From positions 1,696,001-1,760,000 of the forward strand of contig CAXXMV010000006.1 in the NCBI GenBank assembly GCA_963662285.2: a stretch of DNA of 64,000 bases, read 5' to 3'. The notes beneath the pieces were generated by a model. It saw only the letters and a program-made list of their open reading frames with translations, was not told the DNA's origin and made no database searches. Of this stretch, positions 40,184-50,449 are shown in pieces (position 1 is the first letter of the stretch; every line of letters begins with the position of its first letter). Source of the stretch: a bacterium (GTDB lineage Bacteria > Hinthialibacterota > Hinthialibacteria > Hinthialibacterales > Hinthialibacteraceae). Made by a program: the position numbers and the translations under genes.

Positions 40184-43100
40184 TCAATGCTTCATAATCA
40201 TCAGATCATCAACCACCACTGAAGCGTCAGCGTCAGGGCCTCCGAGTTGTACGAATGCGCTGATAGGGATGTCTGGATTATTGGTAGTGAAATCACCTCC
40301 GATGATCAGTAATTCATCTTGCGCATCATATATTGTCTTTATTTCGTCAGCTTTTCGGTAGAGCGCCAGGTTTTGGAAACCGTTAGTCAAAACCAGGGCC
40401 ATCATTCCCCCGCCCGGCATTGATGCTCTTTTAACGCTCACTTGTCCCAACAGGCAAAACGGAAATTGATAATATAGCCCTTGGCATGTGGTTCCGATAT
40501 TGGCAGCTTTATTGGAAGGATCAATAGACATGCGTAAAGCAACATCCGTCATTGATTCAAAAAATGGAATGATGCTTCCATCATTGTAATTAATGTTCAC
40601 CATTAGATGTTCCAAGCCGCTGTTAAAACTACCGTTTACTTCAAGTTCTACTGGTTGTAAACCAAAGGTTGGTTCATAAGATTTAACCTCAATGTTATCC
40701 ACCCAAACCGTAGTCGAGGTATGTGAGAATGTTGAATTCACTGCCTGAATGGCATATTGAACTTTGCCTGAAGGAGGGGCGAAAATAAGGTTGAATTTCC
40801 GATAATCACCAACCGGAACTGATTCTCCTCTAATATTGGCATATCCGATCTGCCCATCAACCGGGCTATTCAAACCAACCAAAGCGATAGCGACTTCTTT
40901 ATTGTTCGCACGGAAACTGCCGGTTAGTTGTACTAGTGATGTCGTCTCAAAAACATTGGATGACGAGATGAAAACGCCCTGACCCGGCGCCAGTCTAATT
41001 TCCATACCATTGCCATCAGAACCTTGGCCTTCAGGTATTTCTCCGAACTGGATTTTTCCAGGCGTATATCCCGCGGGCGCCCCGGCAGAAAGATAGTTGT
41101 CTTCAAGGCTCTCACCATTAAGGGAGGACCAGTTTTCGGGAGTGGGGGTAGGAGTGGGAACTGGATAGATATTATTGTATTCAACTATAAAACTAATGAT
41201 ATCTTGTTTGGGACGTTTCCACCATTTTTGATTTTGGGCTCTCAAATAGAATAAGCATGTTCCTGAACCACCCCAAAGAGGATCAATGTAATTGAGATAT
41301 TGGACCGGTTCGCCGCTTACCCACCCGTTTTCATCAAGCCCTATCCAGGTTTCATATTGGGCTATTTCAGAAAATGTCTGGTATAACCAATCATCCTCTT
41401 GTTTAGAATTGATTGTAACTAAATATCCACCTATGGATTCAGCTTGACTTTTTACTGATTCCCAATTATTTCCCTTTTGTACATAAGAGTAATAATGCCC
41501 GTTATCCGGGTTGTATTTCCAGTCATAACCTTCAGGTAATCCTTGATTCGTTATTGAACTTGGGTAGACGGCGGAATTATAAATACGCACCTCGTCTATC
41601 ATGCCTTTCAAATAATATTTAGGAAAATATGGCTCATGCCCAATGCCCCAAGTACCCTCGAAATTATATACACCTTGCGCAGGATGATTTAATTGGCTTG
41701 CTTTTAATTCATTATCAATATACAGATATACATTTTTAATATCATGGATTACTGTTATTTGATGCCAGGTATTATCTCTATAGTTATGTCCATAGTAATG
41801 AATTGCGACATTTTCATTATTGGCATCGCCTTCCATGTGCACTCTTACTCTATCCGAGTTAATATCAATAAAAATATAATCTGTACTATAATCAGAATCT
41901 CGGCCTGAAGCGATTAAGGGATCATAAAGCCATTCGCTATCGCCTGATAAGTTAAACCACAAAGATATCGTGAATTGATCATCAGAAGAGAAGGTTAATT
42001 TTGGCGAAGTATCTATAAGTACATTATCGTTAATGCCATCACATTTTAAGGCGCTGTTCATGTATCCTTCAGGAGAAATCGTTGCTCCGTTTTCTAAAGT
42101 TCCGTTATGGTTGTAACCTGATGAGTCCATCGCATTGCCATCAAATTTCCAATATCCAACCAGATTTTCATGAAATATCGGTGTAGGAGTTGGATCAGGT
42201 ATTTGGTCAATTTCAACAATAAAATATTTTTCATTATCATCAGGTCTATCATTCCACCCTAAACCAGTTATTTCAACAATTGATCCATCACCGGAAGGTT
42301 CGCCTGGAGACCAATTGGAGTAGTTAAAACTTTCGCCGCTAACCCATTTCCATCCATCGTCATTATGTAATCCTAAAAATACTCCATAATGAGAAAATGT
42401 TGAAATTATCCATTGATGTTCTTGTTCCTCAGTGATAGTTAGAAGATACCCGCCTAGTTCTTGCGCAAAAATATTCGCATCTTCCCAAAGCATTGGTTGG
42501 TGACTATGCGAATAATAATGCCCATTATTCGGATTATATTTCCATTCATAGCCTTCAGATAATCCTGTTGTAGGAGTAGGCGTTGGAGTTGGTGGAATGT
42601 TTGAAGAATTATCAAATTCAATAATAAAATATCTTTTTTCAGTAAAAGAATAATCATTCCATTCTTCTTTTACGCCCCAAGAAGTAACAACATAATCTCC
42701 ATCACCGGAAGGTTCGCCATCGGCGAAATTTTCATACTCAAAAGGTTCGCCCGTTACCCATTTCCAACTCAAACCATCTCGAGACAATCCAATCCACTTT
42801 GGAGTTCTATATTTTTCTAAATTAAAATGCTGAAATATAAAGTCCTCTTCATTTCTGCTTGTTATTGTCGCAAGGTAACAAGAGATTGATTCTGCAAATA
42901 TCCTGGCTTCAGGCCATGATATTGGATTTAGAACAATGGCATAATAATGTCCGTTATCAGGGTTGTAATGCCACTCATAGTCTTCAGGTAACCCTGGAGT
43001 AGGAGTAGGCGTTGGAGTGGGTGGAATGTTAGGTGAAGAATTATCAAATTCTATAATAAAATCTCTTTTTTCAGTATATGAATAATCATTCCATTCTTCT

Positions 43101-43534
43101 TTTACATTCCAAGAAGTAACAACATAATCTCCATCTCCGGAAGGCTCGCCATCTGCGAAATTTTCATACTCGAAAGGTTCACCAGTTACCCATTTCCACT
43201 CCAAACCATCTCTATGCAGTCCAATCCACTTAGGACAATTAAATTGTTCTCTACTGAAATACTGTAAGACAAAGTGTTCTTCATTTATGCTGGTTATTGA
43301 TGCAAGATAACAAGAGATTGATTCTGCAAATATCCTGGCTTCAGGCCATGATATTTTATTTTTAACAATAGCATAATAATGCTCGTTATCCGGGTTGTAA
43401 TGCCAGTCATATCCTTCCGGTAATCCCTGTGTATAGGTCGGTGTTGCAGTTGGTGTTGGCTGGGCGTTTGAAGTATGTATGAATAGAATAAGGCCAATTA
43501 GAATAATTATGGATATAGTCGTAGATCGTATCAT
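40184..43534 (-). CDS. Large secreted adhesin-like protein: four C-type lectin domains, LamG domain, Pro/Thr linkers and shared C-terminal tandem module
   Basis: Signal peptide; repeated YNPDNGHYY..W..A..A...GYL.TI...E...WIGL...W.W..GE...WND; LVGYWKFDGNAMDSSG...FTISLWF...WHQI...GMIDEVRIYN. Confidence 0.9.
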   Translation of the reverse strand: MIRSTTISIIILIGLILFIHTSNAQPTPTATPTYTQGLPEGYDWHYNPDNEHYYAIVKNKISWPEARIFAESISCYLASITSINEEHFVLQYFSREQFNCPKWIGLHRDGLEWKWVTGEPFEYENFADGEPSGDGDYVVTSWNVKEEWNDYSYTEKRDFIIEFDNSSPNIPPTPTPTPTPGLPEDYEWHYNPDNGHYYAIVLNPISWPEARIFAESISCYLATITSRNEEDFIFQHFNLEKYRTPKWIGLSRDGLSWKWVTGEPFEYENFADGEPSGDGDYVVTSWGVKEEWNDYSFTEKRYFIIEFDNSSNIPPTPTPTPTTGLSEGYEWKYNPNNGHYYSHSHQPMLWEDANIFAQELGGYLLTITEEQEHQWIISTFSHYGVFLGLHNDDGWKWVSGESFNYSNWSPGEPSGDGSIVEITGLGWNDRPDDNEKYFIVEIDQIPDPTPTPIFHENLVGYWKFDGNAMDSSGYNHNGTLENGATISPEGYMNSALKCDGINDNVLIDTSPKLTFSSDDQFTISLWFNLSGDSEWLYDPLIASGRDSDYSTDYIFIDINSDRVRVHMEGDANNENVAIHYYGHNYRDNTWHQITVIHDIKNVYLYIDNELKASQLNHPAQGVYNFEGTWGIGHEPYFPKYYLKGMIDEVRIYNSAVYPSSITNQGLPEGYDWKYNPDNGHYYSYVQKGNNWESVKSQAESIGGYLVTINSKQEDDWLYQTFSEIAQYETWIGLDENGWVSGEPVQYLNYIDPLWGGSGTCLFYLRAQNQKWWKRPKQDIISFIVEYNNIYPVPTPTPTPENWSSLNGESLEDNYLSAGAPAGYTPGKIQFGEIPEGQGSDGNGMEIRLAPGQGVFISSSNVFETTSLVQLTGSFRANNKEVAIALVGLNSPVDGQIGYANIRGESVPVGDYRKFNLIFAPPSGKVQYAIQAVNSTFSHTSTTVWVDNIEVKSYEPTFGLQPVELEVNGSFNSGLEHLMVNINYNDGSIIPFFESMTDVALRMSIDPSNKAANIGTTCQGLYYQFPFCLLGQVSVKRASMPGGGMMALVLTNGFQNLALYRKADEIKTIYDAQDELLIIGGDFTTNNPDIPISAFVQLGGPDADASVVVDDLMIMKH

Positions 43535-43923
43535 TTTATCCCCCTCTGGATTATATGACCATCATATTCGCATATATGAACATGATTTGTCAATATCTGA
43601 TAAGTAAAATAGCAGCATTTATTTTAATCTTGAGCATGCGAGCAAAGAAATAGATAAATAAAATACAGGCATCACTAGGAGATTTAATCAAATTCTGTTA
43701 GTGATAAAATTAAACCGTTTGGCGAGTGGATCAAGTACTTAATCCATTTCAACGAGGGTGACATGACTTTCTCTCATAACCGCTACGCCTCAGTTAACGT
43801 CAGCGAATGTGAGTTAACTGAGGAATCAATCAGTTTTTAGAGTAAAATTTCTACTAACCGCTGGAGAAACATACATATTCTAGTAAAGTAGATTATTCAA
43901 ACAATCTAACAAGGAGTAGAACT

Positions 43924-45276
43924 ATGAATTCCAACACCGTAAACCGTCGTAATTTTCTCAGTCGAAGCGTCGTTGCCGGAAGTGGATTGATGATCCTTAA
44001 AAGTGGCGTGGCCTTTGGCGCAAATAGCCCGAACAACCGGCTAAATGTTGCCTTGATCGCCGCCTATGGACGCGCAAGAGCTCACTATTCAACCCTCAGA
44101 AATGAGAACGTAATTGCTGTTTGTGACGTCAATCAGAATAACATCCCATTTGCGCTTAAGGAATTCCCCAAAGCCAAAGTCTACGAGGATTGGCGCAAGT
44201 GCCTTGATCATCCCGGGATTGACGCCGTGTTATGCGCCACAACCGACTTCACCCACTCGTTTATTGCCAACTGGTCGCTCAACCGGGATTATCATGTCTA
44301 CATGGAGAAGCCCTTGGCTATCACGGTTAAGGAAGCGCGTACAGTTAGAGAAAGTTATCTTAAACGCAAGGACAAACTTGCCACCCAGGTTGGTATGCAG
44401 CGTCACGCTCACCCCAATTTCAACCGCATACACGAAGCGGTCCGTGATGGCGCCATCGGTAAAATCAAGGAAGCCTGCGCCTGGGGCAACCGCCAGATTC
44501 GTAAGAAAGGCTATTATCCTGAAGAGAAACCCATTCCATCTCACATCAATTGGGATCTATGGCTTGGACCAGCGCCGGCGCATCCATATAGTTCGGAATA
44601 CTTTAACGCAGGCCCCGAGGCAGGCTGCCTGCAGTGGAATATGTTCTGGGATTTCGGCATAGGCCAGATGGGCGACATGGGCAGCCATACCATGGATCTC
44701 TTATGGAACACCATCGACGCCGAATTGCCGGAAAGCATAAAATCAACCACGCCCGAAGCCTTCAATCCAGAAGTTACTCCAGTTGAACTGACCAGCGAAT
44801 TCGTCTTCCCGGCCAATAGTTGGCGGGACAAGATTAATGTAACCTGGTACCAGGGCGGGGCTATGCCCAAGTCGCCTTCCGGATGGATTGACCTGAATAA
44901 GATCGGCCACGGCGCCATGTTTAAGGGCGACAAGGGAGTATTGATTTCAGATTTCAGAAATTACCTGATTATTCCTAATAATGATTTAGATAATATGTGT
45001 CATTATGATCCACGTTCCGCAGATAAATCGCTGCCGGATGTAGGACATTTCCAGACGCAGTGGGTTGATGCCTGCAAAAACGGCAAGCCATCTGAGACTG
45101 CCTGCAACTTTGAATATAGCGCTAACATGATTGAGTCGATGTGCCTCGGTCTCGCTTCCTTCCGGGCTGGCAAGGAACTCAAATATGACGCCAAACAAGG
45201 CGTCGTTACCAACGATGCCAGCGCCAACCAGTATCTGACTAAAAACTACCGCAAAGGCTGGACTATGAACGGGTAA
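43924..45276 (+). CDS. Gfo/Idh/MocA oxidoreductase with Tat signal
   Basis: VNRRNFL Tat motif; [37 protein letters not shown]; RBS AAGGAG. Confidence 0.92.
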   Translation: MNSNTVNRRNFLSRSVVAGSGLMILKSGVAFGANSPNNRLNVALIAAYGRARAHYSTLRNENVIAVCDVNQNNIPFALKEFPKAKVYEDWRKCLDHPGIDAVLCATTDFTHSFIANWSLNRDYHVYMEKPLAITVKEARTVRESYLKRKDKLATQVGMQRHAHPNFNRIHEAVRDGAIGKIKEACAWGNRQIRKKGYYPEEKPIPSHINWDLWLGPAPAHPYSSEYFNAGPEAGCLQWNMFWDFGIGQMGDMGSHTMDLLWNTIDAELPESIKSTTPEAFNPEVTPVELTSEFVFPANSWRDKINVTWYQGGAMPKSPSGWIDLNKIGHGAMFKGDKGVLISDFRNYLIIPNNDLDNMCHYDPRSADKSLPDVGHFQTQWVDACKNGKPSETACNFEYSANMIESMCLGLASFRAGKELKYDAKQGVVTNDASANQYLTKNYRKGWTMNG

Positions 45277-45338
45277 TAATATCTATCATAAATTCAATAT
45301 TCCAGTTCTTCGTATTCAGTTCTTTATGTTAAAAGGTT

Positions 45339-45390
45339 CAGCCCCATATCATCTTCTTTATTATTAATGATATGGGGCTGGTTTTGTTTG
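45339..45390 (+). terminator. Rho-independent terminator
   Basis: CAGCCCCATATCAT-loop-ATGATATGGGGCTG followed by a T-rich tail. Confidence 0.7.
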
Positions 45391-45701
45391 TTGAGCAAAC
45401 ACAATAGAAATCCATAAATCATACAAATACTTATTTCTCAATTAATCCAAATGACAACAGCGTCGTTATACTTAAATTCTAAAGTAAATTCCGTTAATTA
45501 ACCTTAGTTTTTTAAATCAAAAATTGAGCGAGGTTTTTTACATTTTCCGTATTCGGATCTGAAGAGTTTTTGGCCGAGATATCCTGTGACGAATCAATCT
45601 ACGCTAATTAATCAGGAGAGGTGTACTCAATGAATGATAAAAGAAAAATCTATGCGTTATGCGTCATGAAGGATCATTAATTGTCAGGGAAGGGGGGAGT
45701 G

Positions 45702-45774
45702 CGTCTCCAGGGGGGTTCGAACCCCCGTTGCCGGCGTGAAAGGCCGGAGTCCTAGGCCACTAGACGATGGAGAC
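45702..45774 (-). tRNA. tRNA-Glu (anticodon TTC); CCA not encoded
   Basis: Minus strand GTCTCCATCGTCTAGTGGCCTAGGACTCCGGCCTTTCACGCCGGCAACGGGGGTTCGAACCCCCCTGGAGACG: 7-bp acceptor stem, anticodon loop CTTTCAC, GGGGG-TTCGAAC-CCCCC T arm. Confidence 0.96.
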
Positions 45775-45914
45775 TTTTGACTGACAACAGATGAGAATTT
45801 TGCCTCGAAACGTAAATTTGTCAATCCGCAGGTACTCTTTTTCTTGAATAAGTGGATTTTTTTTGATTATTCATTGTTTTAAGTGAATATTGAAGCGATT
45901 GTTGAATCAATTTA

Positions 45915-46388
45915 TTATAGGAATTGTTGATATGCTTCAACTGCTAATTCATCGCATCGCTCATTTTGTGGATGTCCGGAATGTCCACGAACATGTTTCC
46001 AGGTAATCGAGTGTTGGTTGGTTAATGCATCCAGTTCTTTCCACAGTTCATCATTTTTGACAGGTTCTAAATTACTGCGTACTTTTCTTTTCCATCCATT
46101 ACGTTTCCAATTATGAATCCATTGAGTGATGCCATTTATTACATAGGCGCTGTCAGAAACTACCAGAACTTTGGTTTTTCTGGTTAATTTTTTCAATCCT
46201 TCAATGACTGCTTGTAATTCCATACGGTTATTGGTCGTTTGCTTGACTCCACCGCTGCCTTCCTTGATTTTTCGAGTCGGGGTATGCTCCAGAACAAAGG
46301 CCCACCCTCCAGGGCCTGGATTACCGCTGCAAGCGCCATCGGTATATAGAATCACTTCAACTTCATTAGTGCCTTGTTCAGTTCTCAT
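45915..46388 (-). CDS. rnhA: Ribonuclease HI (start may be 46418)
   Basis: LYTDGACSGNPGPGGW, TTNNRMELQAVIEGL, SDSAYV.NGI..WI..WK, VKNDELWKELD, HVRGHSGHPQNERCDELA. Confidence 0.96.
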   Translation of the reverse strand: MRTEQGTNEVEVILYTDGACSGNPGPGGWAFVLEHTPTRKIKEGSGGVKQTTNNRMELQAVIEGLKKLTRKTKVLVVSDSAYVINGITQWIHNWKRNGWKRKVRSNLEPVKNDELWKELDALTNQHSITWKHVRGHSGHPQNERCDELAVEAYQQFL

Positions 46389-46480
46389 AAATTTATCATC
46401 CACCGTTGATTTTCTCAAACATATTGTATGCGAAAAGATCCCTCAGCCAATACGATGCGGTTTATATAGAGATTTTTTTA

Positions 46481-46526
46481 TAAAAAAACGGCCTGCTCGC
46501 ATAATGCGAGTAGGCCGAATAAAAAC
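46481..46526 (-). terminator. Terminator after the 46543 gene (near-identical to 51399-51436)
   Basis: CGGCCTGCTCGCATAATGCGAGTAGGCCG flanked by A runs. Confidence 0.75.
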
Positions 46527-46542
46527 TATTTGTTAAGCTAAA

Positions 46543-47994
46543 TTATTGTAATTCCCATCCATCGACTGATGTTGCGGCAAATGGGTTTTTCAGAACAACG
46601 GCGAATGCGTGTTCTGCAGGAGTTAATTCGCCTGTGGTTGAATCAACAGTTACGCCATCAGCAGCTATAACGATGCGTTGATTGTCCATCGATACATTAA
46701 CTTCCTTGGACATAATTCCCAGAACTTCAGTATCATCCCAGCGTTCGAATTGAGAGAACGCGAAGAAGGTAGGCGTTACTGGTTCAAGATTGCTGTCTAG
46801 GATGCGTGCGGCGATTTGTTGTTCTGCGCCCAGACTTTGGTCTTGGAAGACGTAAGTCACGCAAACATTACCTTTGCTATCAACAGCTAGATCACCGCGA
46901 TCAAATGTTCCAAACAACCACAGATCTTCTTCATTGACAACAACTTCTTTATCAGCTACGCCTGTGACAGCGTTAAAGCGGGAGCAAACCATTTCGCCAT
47001 CACCGTTTTTACCTGAGATATAGACAAAGTCTCCATCAATGGAAGCGGCGATGCGAGTTCCATCTCCACGGCCTGTATCAGAAACGGTAGTCCAATCAGC
47101 TTGAGCAATCACTCCGCCATGCTGCAAGTTTCCATCGTTGTCATAGATTGACATGATGGCTTCAGTACGAACGGCAAAGCCGCCCTTGAAGGCTACAACG
47201 TTTGACCAGATGCTGTGAGCTGTGTCATCACCCGCTGCGTTGAAGGGTCCTTTAAGGATATCGCCAGTTGCGCTATCGAAAATCGTGGCTATCGCTGCAG
47301 TACCGCTAGTAAATACACCCTGATTCCGGTCTTCTACGACTACTAATATGTTGCCATTTGAAAGGATGCGAATATCGCCGCCAAAACGCATTTGATTGTT
47401 TTGAGCGCCTGCAATAGTTCCGCTGCCATAAACTGGATCAATAACCTTAGTTAGAGGCTGGGGTCCATCAGGAGTTTTCATAAATGCCTGGACTGCGGCA
47501 ATTTGATTTGATGCATAAAAAAACTCTTTCTCCCAACGACCATCTGAATCGAAACCGTCTTCAAGATGCGGAGTAGATTCTTCACCAGTCACATACATGG
47601 TTCCACCTGGTCTGCGGTCGGCAGCCACGCGGGGAGGATTTCCGTCTTTACGGGCTTCGTTAAATGGGCCAGTATAAGGTTCGCCGGCATCATTATAAAA
47701 CGCCCAGTATTCGGAAACTGAACCATCTGTTCCAATGAAAGCGACTTTAGCGTTCATACCATCAGTCATACCATCTGGAAAGGCGCCAGCGATAATGATG
47801 ATGGTTCCATCACCAAAAATATCGGTGAATGGTTCCCAGTATGAAGCCATGGCCACTTCTGATTTGAAGAAAACAGTGTCAGGAACTAAAATCTCGACTC
47901 CAGCGTCTTCATGACTGAAAGGAAGATCGCCTTCTAATGCTACAGCGCTCATTGCAAATAGCATGATTGTTGTTACTAGAAATGCATTTTTCAT
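46543..47994 (-). CDS. Secreted acidic beta-rich (propeller-like) protein, paralogue A, W-tail TSVDGWELQ
   Basis: Signal peptide; shares SYWEPFTDIFGDGTII, GPFNE.R.DGNP.RVAADRRPGGT, HSIWSNV.AF.GGF.VR, DTGRGD with 51451-52908. Confidence 0.85.
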   Translation of the reverse strand: MKNAFLVTTIMLFAMSAVALEGDLPFSHEDAGVEILVPDTVFFKSEVAMASYWEPFTDIFGDGTIIIIAGAFPDGMTDGMNAKVAFIGTDGSVSEYWAFYNDAGEPYTGPFNEARKDGNPPRVAADRRPGGTMYVTGEESTPHLEDGFDSDGRWEKEFFYASNQIAAVQAFMKTPDGPQPLTKVIDPVYGSGTIAGAQNNQMRFGGDIRILSNGNILVVVEDRNQGVFTSGTAAIATIFDSATGDILKGPFNAAGDDTAHSIWSNVVAFKGGFAVRTEAIMSIYDNDGNLQHGGVIAQADWTTVSDTGRGDGTRIAASIDGDFVYISGKNGDGEMVCSRFNAVTGVADKEVVVNEEDLWLFGTFDRGDLAVDSKGNVCVTYVFQDQSLGAEQQIAARILDSNLEPVTPTFFAFSQFERWDDTEVLGIMSKEVNVSMDNQRIVIAADGVTVDSTTGELTPAEHAFAVVLKNPFAATSVDGWELQ

Positions 47995-48808
47995 AGTAGA
48001 ACCTCTTTTTTATTATGTTGTTTGTTAATGCTGTATCCATTAATATTAGTCATTTCTCAAAATAATAAAACTATCTATCCCTCCTTTCCATTTAAAATTA
48101 AAAATGGATTTAGAATTAACCGAATAGTTTTTTTTAACATTTTAATCTTCATATTACTAGGTTGACAATGACATTATTTAAAAAAATATGATAATATGAT
48201 AATGTACCAAGTTGTAACTGATTGTGTATTTTGCCGGGATATTGATTAAAATTTATTTTTAGGACGAAAATCAAAATAGTGTTCAAATGTAATCGGTTAT
48301 GGTCATCGTAAGCGATATTTAATAACAAAATAATCTGGAATAACTGATGCTATTCAAAAACAGCCTATTCGTCACAAGATAATATAGGTCAAAGCCGTAA
48401 ATCATAAACTTGTAAGCAAGCATGGTGTTCTATAATGATGATATTGAGACTCTTTGTTTGCAAACCAGCAGATGTCATTGTAACTGTCTATATTATTAAA
48501 TAAAAGTAGTTTTTTGTATGCTTAACATATTTGATAACTTGACATGACGCGTTTTTAAATGAGAAAATCTAGTATTATCCATAAAAGTGGACAGTTTTTT
48601 AGTTTACATGGAAATTTCGGCTTCCATGACATGGCTAAGGTAACTTGCCTCTTGTAAGTGTATTTCAGTGGTATAATACGTTCTGGAGGAAATCGGAACG
48701 TGTGTTTGAGAATTTGCAGTTGGTATCAATGGGCCCGTTATCGTTTTTTGAACGAAAGACGGGGTGAACGATCTGTATTCAATCGATACGCTAGAAAAGG
48801 AGAAAATA

Positions 48809-50314
48809 ATGATTAAGAGCCGGTTTATCGTATCTGCATTAATGGTTTTTCTCGCTTGCACGGCTTATTCACAGCCGTTGGATGGAAATCCTATCGAACT
48901 CACTTCATTTCTGCCCATGTTGTCGGATGCTGGATTTGAAGCAGTCAATCTGGAAAGTCCACTGCTGGTGGGGCAAGATCCAGACAATGATGACCGTGAA
49001 CCGCAGACCTGCGTGCTTGCGGATGGAACGGTGGTTGTCTTCTGGGTGAACCGCGGAGGAAGTCACCATATCAGTGGCATGAAACCAGATGGATCCAGGA
49101 TTTATCCAGTATTTGGAGCGAATGAATCTGACATCATCGTTGGAGCGAACACTGGCGCCAACACGAACTGGACGCTCTGCGAAAGCAGCTTTGATGGAAC
49201 GAAGTTCCTCGTAGGCGCTACCTGGCAACATGGTCAACTTGTAGGAACTAAAGCTAGCCTTCCTCCAACGATGGGTGATGGCGAAATGGATGGCAATCGA
49301 ACGGATGATGGTCAGGGACATGGTTTCTTTAAGATTTTTGACAGCAACTTCAACCCGGTAACAAGCGATCCGGTTTCCATTGGGCAATTCAGCCTAGGGC
49401 ATCGGGAATTCGGTGTTGGCTGTCTTTCTGACGGCAAATGGGCAATCGGCGTCATGTCGCGTGATCACAGATGGGAAATCGATCCGGACGCGGAATTTGC
49501 ATCCCGCACGCCTTTTGTGAATATTTTTAATGCAGATGGAACGCGTTTTAAGGATGAGTTCGCCCCCATCGTTGAAGACGGGCAAGGTCAAGTCACTGAG
49601 GATTTAACAGGAAGTCAAGGCGGACGTTTCCATATCGCTCCCATGTCTGACTGCTTCGCATTCATCATCCGCAGGGGTACGAACAACGAACCCAAGATCA
49701 TTATCTATGATAATGATGGCAATGTTATTAATTCTTACTCGACCGTTGATAATGAAGTATTCGAAGGCCTGGAAGTGGGCGAATGGATCGCTGGCGCTGG
49801 CGCCGATTTCTTCGTGGCTCTCTTTACCACTACGGGCACGGAAGCCATGGCAGATCTGGGAATGCCCGAGGAATTGATCGACTCATCAATTCTTTTGGCG
49901 CGCAAGTTTGACAAAAACGGACCTCTAGGGCCTTATATTCTTGTATCAACTGCCCCTGATATAGATGTTGGAGGCGTTAGCCGTCCTCGTATTGCGATGG
50001 CGCCGAACGGCAGTTTCGCATTGAGTTGGGAAGACCAATTCTCGGATTCTCTCAACAACACGAAAAGCATGGCATTCCGCGTGTTCAATGCGGATGGTAC
50101 TCCTGCCTCTCCCGCAGCGTTGGCCCATGATCTTCCCGAATTGGATCCGGATGGATTCGGCGATCCTGGAGAGCCGATGATTGGCATGTCCAACAATTTC
50201 ATCTCTTTGACATGGGGTAGCCGCGCCTTTGGCACAGGCAACCGTGATGTTGTGGTAAATGTTGTGGCTAATCCAGCTCAAGACTCGGACATCAGTGGTT
50301 GGGAACTCCATTAA
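48809..50314 (+). CDS. Secreted acidic beta-rich protein, distant paralogue B, W-tail SDISGWELH
   Basis: RBS AAGGAG before ATG 48809; signal peptide; REPQTCVLADGTVVV resembles WEPFTDIFGDGTIII, and EPMIGMSNN..VVANPA resembles EPNVTMNNQ..VLANPL. Confidence 0.82.
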   Translation: MIKSRFIVSALMVFLACTAYSQPLDGNPIELTSFLPMLSDAGFEAVNLESPLLVGQDPDNDDREPQTCVLADGTVVVFWVNRGGSHHISGMKPDGSRIYPVFGANESDIIVGANTGANTNWTLCESSFDGTKFLVGATWQHGQLVGTKASLPPTMGDGEMDGNRTDDGQGHGFFKIFDSNFNPVTSDPVSIGQFSLGHREFGVGCLSDGKWAIGVMSRDHRWEIDPDAEFASRTPFVNIFNADGTRFKDEFAPIVEDGQGQVTEDLTGSQGGRFHIAPMSDCFAFIIRRGTNNEPKIIIYDNDGNVINSYSTVDNEVFEGLEVGEWIAGAGADFFVALFTTTGTEAMADLGMPEELIDSSILLARKFDKNGPLGPYILVSTAPDIDVGGVSRPRIAMAPNGSFALSWEDQFSDSLNNTKSMAFRVFNADGTPASPAALAHDLPELDPDGFGDPGEPMIGMSNNFISLTWGSRAFGTGNRDVVVNVVANPAQDSDISGWELH

Positions 50315-50338
50315 TGATGAGTCGGCCAAAAGTGGATG
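50313..50338 (+). repeat. Dispersed direct repeat AATGATGAGTyGGCmAAAAGTGG (copies at 50313, 51117, 51344)
   Basis: Three copies of 23-26 bp around the pilin-5 gene. Confidence 0.75.
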
Positions 50339-50394
50339 GAGTGTGATTTCCGGGAATAATTTCCTGGAGACGCGCATGTTAGCGAATACTATGA

Positions 50395-50429
50395 ATAGCC
50401 GGGGAACGTTCTTTTCATTCCCCGGCTAT
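50395..50429 (+). other. GC-rich hairpin without U tract between the W-tail gene and pilin 5
   Basis: ATAGCCGGGGAA-loop-TTCCCCGGCTAT immediately upstream of the pilin RBS. Confidence 0.55.
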
Positions 50430-50449
50430 GAATTATGAGGAATGACATT

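Noticed and set aside
42575-43430. Near-identical lectin repeats as the TR/VR pair of a diversity-generating retroelement
   Set aside because: Both copies are in-frame coding modules, differences include non-adenine and synonymous changes (e.g. GAT vs TAT), and no reverse transcriptase is in the window.
50362-50373. CCTGGAGACGC matching the tRNA-Glu 3' end as an att site
   Set aside because: Only 11 bp, inverted relative to the tRNA, on its 5' side, and no integrase is present.
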